A DNA stretch of 64,000 bases from Opitutaceae bacterium (GTDB taxonomy: Bacteria > Verrucomicrobiota > Verrucomicrobiia > Opitutales > Opitutaceae): NCBI GenBank assembly GCA_035765635.1, contig DASTWZ010000039.1, positions 46,829 to 110,828 of the forward strand. The letters are read 5' to 3'. The notes below the pieces were generated by a model. The model was not told the DNA's origin. It worked only from the letters and a program-made list of their open reading frames with translations, and searched no databases. This document shows, piece after piece, positions 55,600 to 64,000 of the stretch. Position numbers and translations under genes: made by a program. The first letter of the stretch is position 1. Each line of letters opens with the position of its first letter.

Positions 55600-56226
55600 T
55601 CAATGCACTTGGAGATTCCATTGCTTCGATTTGGTTTGCCCGACCAAGGTGACGACGTAGTCGCCTTTGGCCAGCGCGCCGGCGCGAAGCGTGACCTCGA
55701 TCATCGACTGCGGCGTGCGCGAGAGCAGGTCGCCCTCGATTTGGTCGAAGTCGTTCACGATCGCGATGGTCTTGTCCTTCACGTACACGTACGTGTTTGC
55801 GTGAAGCCGGTGGTTGTCCGGCAGCGTGCAGGTGAACTGAAGCGTGTAAGGGAAAAGGGAATTCGCCTCCGTCGTAGCGCGGACATTGGTGTACGACTGC
55901 GGGAGGCGAGGGGCGTCGATCAGCAGTTCGGCCAGGTCAGGCGAGATTCCGCCGGGGACGTTTTTCGGAGAGGCGAGGGCGCCATTGGGATTGAACGCGG
56001 TCGCCTGTGTCTCGGCCAGGCGTTCGACCTCGGCGGGGATGCGCGCGTACCCGGCTTCCTTCAGGCGATGGACGACGACGCGGTTTTTGTTGTCCTCGTA
56101 GGGCTGGTAAACGTGTCCGGTTTTCCGGAAATGCAGCGTGAGAAACGTGTACAGTCCGAGGCAAACAAGGATCGCAAGTGCGACATACTTCATCGGCCAC
56201 GGCTTGGGCGAGGGACGGCGGGACAT
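55600..56226 (-). CDS. hypothetical membrane-anchored protein (alternative start 56193)
   Basis: A single N-terminal TM segment YVALAILVCLGLYTFLTL. It lies immediately upstream of argA on the same strand. I recognise no family. Confidence 0.55.
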   Translation of the reverse strand: MSRRPSPKPWPMKYVALAILVCLGLYTFLTLHFRKTGHVYQPYEDNKNRVVVHRLKEAGYARIPAEVERLAETQATAFNPNGALASPKNVPGGISPDLAELLIDAPRLPQSYTNVRATTEANSLFPYTLQFTCTLPDNHRLHANTYVYVKDKTIAIVNDFDQIEGDLLSRTPQSMIEVTLRAGALAKGDYVVTLVGQTKSKQWNLQVH

Positions 56227-56362
56227 CGTGTAAACCTAAAGCTGTTACCACGGATGCCGCGGAAGACACGGCAGAATTTTTTCGGCGCTGCGAACGAGAG
56301 CGCTCCAACAACTTCGCGTTTGCCCCAGCCGAGGGGCGCTGCTTCGGTGGCCGCTTCCCTCC

Positions 56363-58129
56363 ATGAAGTATTGGTCGCAGTTTTTCATTCCCACGTTGAA
56401 AGAAAGTCCCTCGGACGCGGAGATCGCTTCGCACAAGCTGCTCGTCCGAGCGGGCTTGGTCCGCAAGCTGACGGGCGGCCTTTACACCTTCATGCCGCTG
56501 GGGCTGCGCGTCCTGCGCAAGATCAGCCAGATCTGCCGCGAGGAAATGGACACCGCGGGCGCCATCGAACTCCACATGCCGCACCTGCACCCGGCCGAAC
56601 TCTGGCAGGAGGGTCCCCGCTGGTCCGCCGCGCGCGAGATCATGTACCGCGCCGACCACGCCGGTGACGGCAAACGTCCTTCCCGCGAACCCGAGTTCGT
56701 GCTCGGGCCGACGCACGAGGAAGTCATCACGCCGTTGGTGAAAACGGAGATCACGAGCTACCGCGATCTGCCGAAAAATTTTTATCAGATCGCGACGAAG
56801 TTTCGTAACGAAATCCGCCCGCGCTACGGGCTGATGCGCGCCAGGGAATTCGTCATGAAGGATGCGTATTCCTTCGACGCGACCGACGAAGCCGCGACGC
56901 AGAGTTATCTGCGCATGAAGGATGCGTACTCGAAATTCTTCGCCCGCGTCGGCCTCAAGGCCATCGCCGTTGAAGCCGACACCGGCGTGATGGGTGGAAG
57001 CTTTTCGCACGAGTTCATGGTGCCAGCCGAAGTGGGTGACGATGACGTGATCTACAACGAAACCAGCGGCTACTCCGCCAACCGTGAGAAAGCCACGAGC
57101 GGAATCATCCCGAAGGATCTTGCCGACGCCGCGCCCGCCGGAGCGGTCGAGGAGTTTGCCACTCCGGGCGTCGTGACCATCGCCGCACTGGAAGCCACTC
57201 CGTATTCAGTTCCTGGAGACAAGCAGTTCAAGACGCTGGTTTTCATCGGCGACGGGAAACCGTTTCTCGTGATTCTCCGCGGCTCGGATGAACTCGAGGA
57301 AGCGAAACTCGGCTCGCTCGGCTTCACGCTTTTCCGCGCCGCGACCGCGGAGGAAATTGAACCCGTCATGGGCGCCAAGCCCGGCAGCCTCGGCGCGGTC
57401 AAAGGCACGATCAAGAATCCGGGCGCGCTCGCCGGCGTGTTCGCCGACCACGCGATTCGCCTCATCGGCAACGGCACGACCGGGGCGAACAAGGACGGCT
57501 TCCACTTACGCAACGTCAACGTGACGCGCGATCTGGCGGTCACGAAGTTCGGCGATTTTCGCCGCGTGCGCCCGGGCGAGCCCGATCCCATTTCGGGTCA
57601 ACCGCTGAAGGTCGCCCGGGCGATCGAAGTCGGCCACGTTTTCAAACTCGGCACGAAATACTCGGATCGTTTCGGCGCGGTTTACACGGATGATCAAAAG
57701 CAGAGTCACCCGATGGTGATGGGCTGCTACGGCATCGGCATCAGCCGCACGCTGCAGGCCATCATCGAGCAGAGTCACGATAACGACGGCATCCTTTGGC
57801 CGTGGAACGTCGCCCCTTTTCAAGTGCTCGTCTGTCTCCTCGATCCGCAAGTCGCCGAAGCGGCGGAACTCGCGAAGAAAGTCGCTGCTGCCGCGGAGAA
57901 AGCGGGAGCGGACGTGCTGGTCGATGACCGCATCGAGCGGCCCGGTGTGAAATTCAAGGATGCCGATTTGATCGGCATTCCGCTGCGAATTACGATTGGC
58001 GGAAAAGGTATGAAGGAAGGCATCATCGAACTGAAAGCCCGCGCCCAAAAAGACGTGACCAAGATTCCGATCGCCGAAGCCGAGCAGAAAATCGCAGACG
58101 CTGTCGCGGCCGCGGCGAAGGTTGGTTGA
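56363..58129 (+). CDS. proS: proline--tRNA ligase (bacterial type with INS editing domain)
   Basis: MKYWSQFFIPTLKESPSDAEIASHKLLVRAGL, RPRYGLMRAREFVMKDAYSF, and a class II core. Confidence 0.95.
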   Translation: MKYWSQFFIPTLKESPSDAEIASHKLLVRAGLVRKLTGGLYTFMPLGLRVLRKISQICREEMDTAGAIELHMPHLHPAELWQEGPRWSAAREIMYRADHAGDGKRPSREPEFVLGPTHEEVITPLVKTEITSYRDLPKNFYQIATKFRNEIRPRYGLMRAREFVMKDAYSFDATDEAATQSYLRMKDAYSKFFARVGLKAIAVEADTGVMGGSFSHEFMVPAEVGDDDVIYNETSGYSANREKATSGIIPKDLADAAPAGAVEEFATPGVVTIAALEATPYSVPGDKQFKTLVFIGDGKPFLVILRGSDELEEAKLGSLGFTLFRAATAEEIEPVMGAKPGSLGAVKGTIKNPGALAGVFADHAIRLIGNGTTGANKDGFHLRNVNVTRDLAVTKFGDFRRVRPGEPDPISGQPLKVARAIEVGHVFKLGTKYSDRFGAVYTDDQKQSHPMVMGCYGIGISRTLQAIIEQSHDNDGILWPWNVAPFQVLVCLLDPQVAEAAELAKKVAAAAEKAGADVLVDDRIERPGVKFKDADLIGIPLRITIGGKGMKEGIIELKARAQKDVTKIPIAEAEQKIADAVAAAAKVG

Positions 58130-58132
58130 TTC

Positions 58133-58426
58133 ATGGCTACGCCGTCTCCTTTCCCGACCACCACGCCCGAAACGAAGACGGTGCTGACGCCGCGCTGGCG
58201 CGTCGTTTTTTTGAACGACGCGATCAGCCGCATGACCTACGTCGTGCTGGTGCTGCGAAAAGTTTTTGGTTTCAACGAAACTCAGGCCACGGCGCACATG
58301 CGGGAGGCCCACGAGCGCGGCCGCACGATTTTATGGGTTGGGCCGCGGGAAAGAGCCGAAGCTTACGTATTCACTTTGCGCCAGTGGCATCTCAATTCCA
58401 TCTTGGAGCCGGATGAAACGGGTTGA
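58133..58426 (+). CDS. clpS: ATP-dependent Clp protease adaptor ClpS
   Basis: WRVVFLNDAISRMTYVVLVLRKVFGFNETQATAHMREAHERGR is typical of ClpS. Confidence 0.9.
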   Translation: MATPSPFPTTTPETKTVLTPRWRVVFLNDAISRMTYVVLVLRKVFGFNETQATAHMREAHERGRTILWVGPRERAEAYVFTLRQWHLNSILEPDETG

Positions 58427-58874
58427 AGTCAAACTCGACCTCACGAACGTCGCGCCGCTGCTGGACGTGCTGAAGAGCGCGTCGGACGCGCTTTCGACGC
58501 GTCTCGCTCTGCCGCTCGAGGTGTCGGCGCTCGATGCCGATTCGCTCGAGCAATGGAACGCCGACTTGATCGAGTCGCAGAACGAGGACATCGCGGCGCT
58601 GCTGAAGCTCTTCAATCGCGATTTCTTCAGCGAAGAAGTCGTGGCTTTCGACGAGGACAATGCCGACGCGGTGATCCGCGCCTGCTCGGCGCTGAAGTTG
58701 TATTTGTTTCGCGAATACCTGAGCGATTTGTCCGAGGAGGATTTCGAGACCAACGAAGTGATCTTCGATGTCCTGACCGAAAATCAGCAGAAGCCGTATC
58801 TGACATTCATGTTCCTCGATACCCTGCAAAAGGTCATCATGCGGCACCTGAATGACCTGGTGGTGGATGACTAG
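58413..58874 (+). CDS. hypothetical acidic protein linked to clpS
   Basis: 153 aa and D/E-rich. It overlaps the clpS 3' end by 14 nt. It may be DUF2017-like, which I cannot verify. Confidence 0.55.
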   Translation: MKRVEVKLDLTNVAPLLDVLKSASDALSTRLALPLEVSALDADSLEQWNADLIESQNEDIAALLKLFNRDFFSEEVVAFDEDNADAVIRACSALKLYLFREYLSDLSEEDFETNEVIFDVLTENQQKPYLTFMFLDTLQKVIMRHLNDLVVDD

Positions 58875-59382
58875 ATTGCCGGCCTCCTCGTGTCAGCGCT
58901 GCGGCGTTCGCATTTCGACAGCCGCGGCCGGATCGGTTTCGCAGCCCTCGTTTTGCTCCTGTGGTTGCGCGGCTCTGGCTCGGATTCCGGTGGATGCGAA
59001 TGGGAATTTTCCGATCAATGCCCATTTGCTTCGGTTGATCTTGGTCGGCGCGCTTTATTTCAACCAGCTCCTCGTCTGGGCTGTATCGAGTGTGTTGATA
59101 CATCAGGAGCGTCTGGTGACCGCGAAGCGGTTGTCCAAGGTCGATTTGATACTGGCGGTGGCCGTGTGGGTCTCGATTTTGGTCGTCCAAAAATGCGAGC
59201 ACGTTTTTCGCCGGAAGGATCTCGCGCTCGCTCTGCTCAGCGCAGTGATCATGGCCACGGTGGTTTTGCGTGACCTTTCGCCGCTGCCCACGCTGGCGGC
59301 GGTGAACGCCGCGCTGCTGATCTGGAATTTTCGCAGCGTGTTTCGTCGAGCGGCGGAAAATGGCTCGGTCGAAAAAGTGTAA
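58867..59382 (+). CDS. membrane protein with an N-terminal Cys-rich metal-binding/zinc-ribbon motif (P-type ATPase metal-binding-domain-like)
   Basis: CQRCG-x17-FCSCGC, followed by about 4 TM segments. The start overlaps the stop of the preceding gene. Confidence 0.55.
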   Translation: MTRLPASSCQRCGVRISTAAAGSVSQPSFCSCGCAALARIPVDANGNFPINAHLLRLILVGALYFNQLLVWAVSSVLIHQERLVTAKRLSKVDLILAVAVWVSILVVQKCEHVFRRKDLALALLSAVIMATVVLRDLSPLPTLAAVNAALLIWNFRSVFRRAAENGSVEKV

Positions 59383-59673
59383 GTTTTTCGAATCCTTCCA
59401 GAGGTCTCGAAATAAACTCGCCTTCGCGTTTGACGGTACCCCTTCAGCTCCTACCGTTGCCGGCTGATCCTCTGTAGTGTTCGAGGTGCTTTAAATAACC
59501 GCTCTTTGCCTTTGATATATTCCGGGAGCTGAAACCCGCCGTGGAAGCTGCTAGGCCGTAAATCGGAAAGCAAACGCTGCGGAGGAGGCGCCCACCTTAA
59601 CTCAAAAAGGACTAGAGCCTTTTGGCATACGGCACAGGCGGAGGATCAAATTTTTTTCCCATCCCCATTCCCC

Positions 59674-60018
59674 ATGACACCGATGTTTTATCACGTGGTT
59701 CACGTCTTCGCGCTCGTCGCGTTGGTCGGCTATTCGTTTTACGCGTTCGCCGCCCCCGTGCCCGAGACGAAGCGGCGCATCATGACGGTCACGGGGATTG
59801 CCTCCCTGCTGCAGCTCGTCGCCGGCTTTGGCCTGATCCACACCATGGGGTACTCGATGTCGCAGGGTTGGATTTGGGTGAAGATCGTGTGCTGGCTGGG
59901 CCTGGGCTGCTTACCCGCGCTCGCCTATCGCAAACGCGAGAAGGCCGGCACGTTCATCGTGATCGGTCTGATCCTCGTGCTGATCGCGCTGGTGATGGTT
60001 TACTACAAGCCGTTTTGA
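59674..60018 (+). CDS. small integral membrane protein (4 TM)
   Basis: 114 aa with four hydrophobic segments. It may be SirB2-like, which is unverified. Confidence 0.55.
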   Translation: MTPMFYHVVHVFALVALVGYSFYAFAAPVPETKRRIMTVTGIASLLQLVAGFGLIHTMGYSMSQGWIWVKIVCWLGLGCLPALAYRKREKAGTFIVIGLILVLIALVMVYYKPF

Positions 60019-60056
60019 CGGCTGGCGCACCGGCGCTCGCTGAGTAGTTTGGCGGA

Positions 60057-62282
60057 ATGATTTTTTCGCCGACGGACACCGCGCCCGCGACTCTGAAGAC
60101 CGAGCCGTTTTGCGGCGTGTGGGTGGCGCCGACCGGGGGAGTGCACGTCGCCGTGGCGACGGCGGATGGCCGGCGGGAGGAACGCATCGAACATTTCAGG
60201 CCCTTTGCCTGGATCGAAAAATCAGTCGCGCCCGAGGTGCTCGCGGGCTTCGAGGTGCAGGAACTGCCGGGGGACGCGCCTTTCTCGCGTTTGGCTCATG
60301 CGGAGAGGTTAGAGGATTTTCAACGACTGCTCTCGGTCGCGCGCGAGACGAGCGGCATCGATTTGATTCGCCCCTTCGAAAACCAGTTTCTTCTGCAACG
60401 GCGCGCACGGCTTTTCGGGGAACTGCCGTTCAATGCCCTTCGTCGCTGTCAACTCGACATCGAGACCGCGGCGGAGCCGGGCCATTTCAGCGATCCGCGG
60501 AAGAAGGACGATCGTGTATTGGCGATCGGACTACAATTCGGCGATCGGCAGAGACTTCTCGTCCTCGCGGAGCAGACGGATGTGGCGGAGCGGGCGTTGT
60601 TGAAAGAATTTGCCGGCGTGTTGCGCGAGGAAGACCCGGATATCATCGAGGGTCACAATCTATTCAAATTCGATTTGGAGTATCTCCGGATGCGTTGCCG
60701 TCGTTTCAAGCTGGCCTGCGATTGGGGGCGCTTCGGGCAAGTCGCTTCGTTTCGCAACAGTCGTCTGAAGGTCGCCGAGCGTTGGGTGGATTTCCCGCGC
60801 TGCGACATTCCCGGCAGGGCTGTCGTGGATACCTATTTGCTTGTCCAACTCTACGACATCACGACGCGCGAGCTGACCTCGTTCGGGCTGAAGGATGTCG
60901 CGGTTTATTTCGGGATTACCGAGGAGGACGCGGCGGAGAGTGGAGGGCGGACCTATCTTGACGCATCGCGCATCTCCGAAATTTTCGCGACGGACAGGGC
61001 GAAATTTCTGGCTTATCTCGCGGGCGATTTGCGCGAGACGAAAGGCCTGGCCGAAGTGTTGTTGCCGACCTACGTCGAGCAGGCGCGTACGTTTCCCATT
61101 TTGCTGCAGGATGCGACGCTGCGTGGCACGACCAGCAAGATAGACCTGCTTTTTCTCGAGGAATATTATCATCAGCGCCAGGCCTGTCCGGTGCCGCCCG
61201 AGGTGAAACCCTTCGAGGGCGGTTACACGCGGAGCTTTCAGGAGGGCGTGTATCGGCACGTCCTGCATTTCGACGTCGCCTCGCTGTATCCGAGCCTCCT
61301 GCTGCAGATCGCGCGCAATCCGAAGAACGATCCGCTCGGTGTATTCATCCCGTTGTTACGCCAGCTGCGGGAATATCGTCTGCGTTACAAGCTGCTCGCG
61401 CGGACTGCGGAAACGGAAGAGCTGCGTTCGGAATATCAGGCGCGGCAGTCGAACTTCAAAATCCTGATCAATTCCTTCTACGGATATCTCGGTTTCTCCG
61501 GCGCGCGTTTTGGTGATGGCGAACTCGCGGCTGAGGTGACGCGGCGCGGCCGCGAACTGTTGCAGGTGTTGATCGATGAGTTTGCGAAGCACGATTGCAC
61601 GATTCTCGAGGCGGACACAGACGGAATTTATCTCTCGTCGCACGAGTTTTTCGATCGGCCCGAGGAGCTGTTGGCCAAGACGGCATCGGTGATTCCGAAC
61701 GGCATCGAGCTGGAATTCGACGGACGGTACCAGGCGATGTTTTGCTACAAGGCGAAGAACTACGTGCTCTACGACGGGCACAAGATGATCATCCGCGGTT
61801 CGGCGCTTCGCTCGCGGGGCATCGAACCCTATTTGAAGAAACTGAGCGATCACCTGATGCATTTTCTCGTGGGTGCGAGCGCCGATTCGCCGGTCAAGGA
61901 GATCGAGAAGTTGCGCGAGGAGATCCGCTTTGGGCGGCTGCCGGTGCAGCAATTGGCGAAGACCGAGGTGATCAGTCAGAATCCGGACGCGTACGAGAAA
62001 TGGGTCGCGGAGGGTGGAAAGCCACGGCGCGCCTCGGCTGAAGCAGCTTTGCAGCAAGTGCCGCGGCCGCGGATGGGCGACCGGGTGACGTATTATGTGT
62101 CCGCGGCGATGAACAAGACGGCCGACTGGCAGCGTGCGAAGCCGATCGGTGCATTCGACGCGGTGAAAGCGCCATACGATCGCGAATATTATCTAAACAA
62201 ATTGGACGAGTGGGTTGAGCGCTACGGCCCTTTCCTCGGCATCAAACCCAAGGTGGAACAGACGGAGTTTTTGTTAGAGTAG
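60057..62282 (+). CDS. polB: family B DNA polymerase (Pol II-like) with an intact 3'-5' exonuclease domain
   Basis: ExoI LDIET, ExoII GHNLFKFDLEYL, ExoIII YLAGD. Polymerase motifs DVASLYPSLL, KILINSFYGYLG, EADTDGIYL, KAKNYVLY. Confidence 0.88.
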   Translation: MIFSPTDTAPATLKTEPFCGVWVAPTGGVHVAVATADGRREERIEHFRPFAWIEKSVAPEVLAGFEVQELPGDAPFSRLAHAERLEDFQRLLSVARETSGIDLIRPFENQFLLQRRARLFGELPFNALRRCQLDIETAAEPGHFSDPRKKDDRVLAIGLQFGDRQRLLVLAEQTDVAERALLKEFAGVLREEDPDIIEGHNLFKFDLEYLRMRCRRFKLACDWGRFGQVASFRNSRLKVAERWVDFPRCDIPGRAVVDTYLLVQLYDITTRELTSFGLKDVAVYFGITEEDAAESGGRTYLDASRISEIFATDRAKFLAYLAGDLRETKGLAEVLLPTYVEQARTFPILLQDATLRGTTSKIDLLFLEEYYHQRQACPVPPEVKPFEGGYTRSFQEGVYRHVLHFDVASLYPSLLLQIARNPKNDPLGVFIPLLRQLREYRLRYKLLARTAETEELRSEYQARQSNFKILINSFYGYLGFSGARFGDGELAAEVTRRGRELLQVLIDEFAKHDCTILEADTDGIYLSSHEFFDRPEELLAKTASVIPNGIELEFDGRYQAMFCYKAKNYVLYDGHKMIIRGSALRSRGIEPYLKKLSDHLMHFLVGASADSPVKEIEKLREEIRFGRLPVQQLAKTEVISQNPDAYEKWVAEGGKPRRASAEAALQQVPRPRMGDRVTYYVSAAMNKTADWQRAKPIGAFDAVKAPYDREYYLNKLDEWVERYGPFLGIKPKVEQTEFLLE

Positions 62283-62552
62283 GGGCCTGCGCTTCGCTAA
62301 TGATGAATGAAGAAGTAAGAATGCTGAATGAGGCCGAAATCCAAATTGGTGGAACGGCCTCCGGGGGTAGGGCGAAGCCTCCAGGCGAGCCGCAATCGTT
62401 GGATTCGCGTCTGGCTCTAACCATAAATGGACGGCCTCTGAGGTAGGGCGAGCCGTCCCTGGCGAGCCGCGTTTGGCGTGGCTCATCCTGGAGGTTAGGC
62501 CTTGCGTTTGCGGCTCGCCTGGAGGCTTCGCCCTACCTCAGAGACTGGCCAT
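62283..62552. repeat. composite repeat cluster (AAGAAGTAAGAATGCTGAATGAGG unit plus two GTAGGGCGA..CGAGCCGC palindromic units)
   Basis: Same units as 1650-1800 and 22225-22375. Confidence 0.85.
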
Positions 62553-62560
62553 GCAAATAT

Positions 62561-63469
62561 TCACTTCAGCGCTTGGGCGTCTTTCAATGCGGCGTCGTAC
62601 GCGCGGGGGGCACCGGCGGCGCTTGCGGCCATGAGGCGCAGGCGCACGGCCAGTTCCGATTTTTTCCACGCCTCGGGCAGCTTTTCTAACGCTAGAAATG
62701 AGTCACCAACCCGCGCGGGTTTTTGGGTCAAGGCGTCGATCGCCTCCGCCAGGAGGGCGACGGGGTCGGCGGGCAATTCCGCGTCGGTGGCATCGGGCTT
62801 CACGAGAAAGCGACTGATCGCCCTCGCGTTGGGATCGTTCGTCGCGCGCACGATTGCCGCCATCAGACGATCGGCGACGAGTTCAGGCGGAAGCGTCGAT
62901 TCGAGTTTCGAAAACGCGACGGGCGACTGCACGCTCCGTGCGACGCGGGCTGGCGCGTTGAAATCCACTGGATCACCGATCGCGACATCGTAGGTGAGAT
63001 CCTTCGGCCCTTCCCAGGTGAGTGGCGGTTTCAAGAAACGCGTGGCCCCGACCGGTGACGTGATCACCGTCGATGTCGTCTGCGGCGGGGCAGGTTGACC
63101 GAGGAGCTCGCGCAGTGACCGCGTCAGAGTGGGGAAGTCCGTCGTCGTCGCGACGGGCACCGTGATTCGTTTCGGCCCAACCACGTTTTCCGTGCGCCCA
63201 TCTGGAAACACGAGGCGCAAGGTCTTCCCTGTCGGCAGGGCAAACGTCTTTCCCGGAGCGATTGCCTCCGTCGTCGTAACCCGGCGCGTTCGTAAGCCGA
63301 CGCGGACAAACGTCTCTCCGTGGTCGGCGATGAGATACACACCGCGTGGCGTCGCGGCATCCGGTACGCGTCGCCACCAGAAAAGCATCACGACCCCGAC
63401 AATCACTCCGACGAAAAACACGAATGCCAAACGCCGGGCCGGCCGCGTTTTCCAGGGAGGAATCATCAT
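62561..63469 (-). CDS. hypothetical membrane-anchored protein
   Basis: N-terminal TM segment LAFVFFVGVIVGVVMLFWW. Codon usage is good. I recognise no family. Confidence 0.55.
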   Translation of the reverse strand: MMIPPWKTRPARRLAFVFFVGVIVGVVMLFWWRRVPDAATPRGVYLIADHGETFVRVGLRTRRVTTTEAIAPGKTFALPTGKTLRLVFPDGRTENVVGPKRITVPVATTTDFPTLTRSLRELLGQPAPPQTTSTVITSPVGATRFLKPPLTWEGPKDLTYDVAIGDPVDFNAPARVARSVQSPVAFSKLESTLPPELVADRLMAAIVRATNDPNARAISRFLVKPDATDAELPADPVALLAEAIDALTQKPARVGDSFLALEKLPEAWKKSELAVRLRLMAASAAGAPRAYDAALKDAQALK

Positions 63470-63544
63470 GCGAAAAGGGAACGAACGAGAGAAATCGCGG
63501 GCGGCAAGTCCTTCGCTATCGCTTTTTGAAACGCGTTTTTCAGC

Positions 63545-64000
63545 ATGCGGCCAATGGAAGAAACCGAAGGCCTTTTGAGCGCGGTTGCACGCGTCACATC
63601 CGAGCTGACCGAGCGTCCGTCATGGGACGAATATTTCATGGCGACCGCTCTGCTCATTTCCACGCGTTCGCCTTGCGAGCGACTTCACGTCGGCGCGGTG
63701 GTGGTGAGCAGCGGCGACCGCAAAAACCGCATCGTCGCCGCCGGCTACAACGGCTTTCTCCCGGGCACACCGCACGTTTCGCGGGTGCGCGACGGCCACG
63801 AGCAGGCCACGGTTCACGCCGAGCAAAACGCCATCGCCGATGCCGCGCGCCGCGGCAGTTCGGTCGAGGGCTGCGTCATGTATGTGACCCATTACCCATG
63901 CATCAACTGCGCGAAAATCCTGGCCAGTGCCGGAATCTCGGAAGTGCGCTACCATGCTGATTACAACAACGACCTCATGGTGGCTCCGCTGCTGGCCGAT
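63545..64000 (+). CDS. dCMP deaminase (ComEB-like); 3' end beyond window
   Basis: WDEYFMATALLISTRSPC, VHAEQNAI (HAE zinc motif), YPCINCAKIL (PCxxC). The frame is open to the window end. Confidence 0.88.
   Translation, partial: MRPMEETEGLLSAVARVTSELTERPSWDEYFMATALLISTRSPCERLHVGAVVVSSGDRKNRIVAAGYNGFLPGTPHVSRVRDGHEQATVHAEQNAIADAARRGSSVEGCVMYVTHYPCINCAKILASAGISEVRYHADYNNDLMVAPLLAD

Noticed and set aside
59440-59480. CCTACCGTTGCCGGCTGATCCTCTGTAG resembles the 3' half of the fluoride (crcB) riboswitch (..GGCUGAUG..CCUCUAC..), and a small 4-TM protein lies downstream.
   Set aside because: The 5' half of the motif (GGCGAUG-type pseudoknot partner) is absent. The site is about 200 nt from the start codon. 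The downstream protein lacks the CrcB/Fluc signature (GxxGGxTTFSTF).

Overview
High-GC (~60%) bacterial chromosomal window with about 50 protein-coding genes and no rRNA, tRNA or CRISPR array that I can see. The gene content suggests a Verrucomicrobiota-like heterotroph: a PEP-CTERM/HAF-repeat protein, secreted GH28 and GH26 enzymes, an ECF sigma factor fused to a membrane domain, and very dense intergenic repeat families. This taxonomic call is inference only. Housekeeping genes I recognise are trpS, proS, clpS, argA, cysK, a family-B DNA polymerase and a dCMP deaminase truncated at the 3' window edge. The most distinctive block is a ~19 kb sulfur-assimilation supercluster (30.6-50.0 kb). Its order is yezD-like, anion porin, sbp, an M14 peptidase/pseudo-peptidase pair, cysTWA, cysK, an AprA/AprB-like flavo-FeS oxidoreductase with a HEAT-repeat protein, an SsuABC-type transporter, an Rrf2 regulator, and a second SsuABC-type transporter. 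The second notable item is an isolated MamK-like actin-family ATPase with an unrecognisable upstream partner gene (7.36-9.06 kb). Others are an orphan flavin-dependent-halogenase-like gene, an Aas-like fusion whose acyltransferase motif reads YX4D instead of HX4D, and an ECF sigma fused to a TM, coiled-coil and C-terminal domain. At least five short repeat families fill almost every intergenic gap. They sit between genes of apparent operons, supply the last codons and stop codons of several CDSs, and in one case lie in frame inside a CDS. All functional calls come from motif recognition by eye, and no database search was run. Many long ORFs in the six-frame track are antisense shadow ORFs typical of high-GC DNA and were not called.
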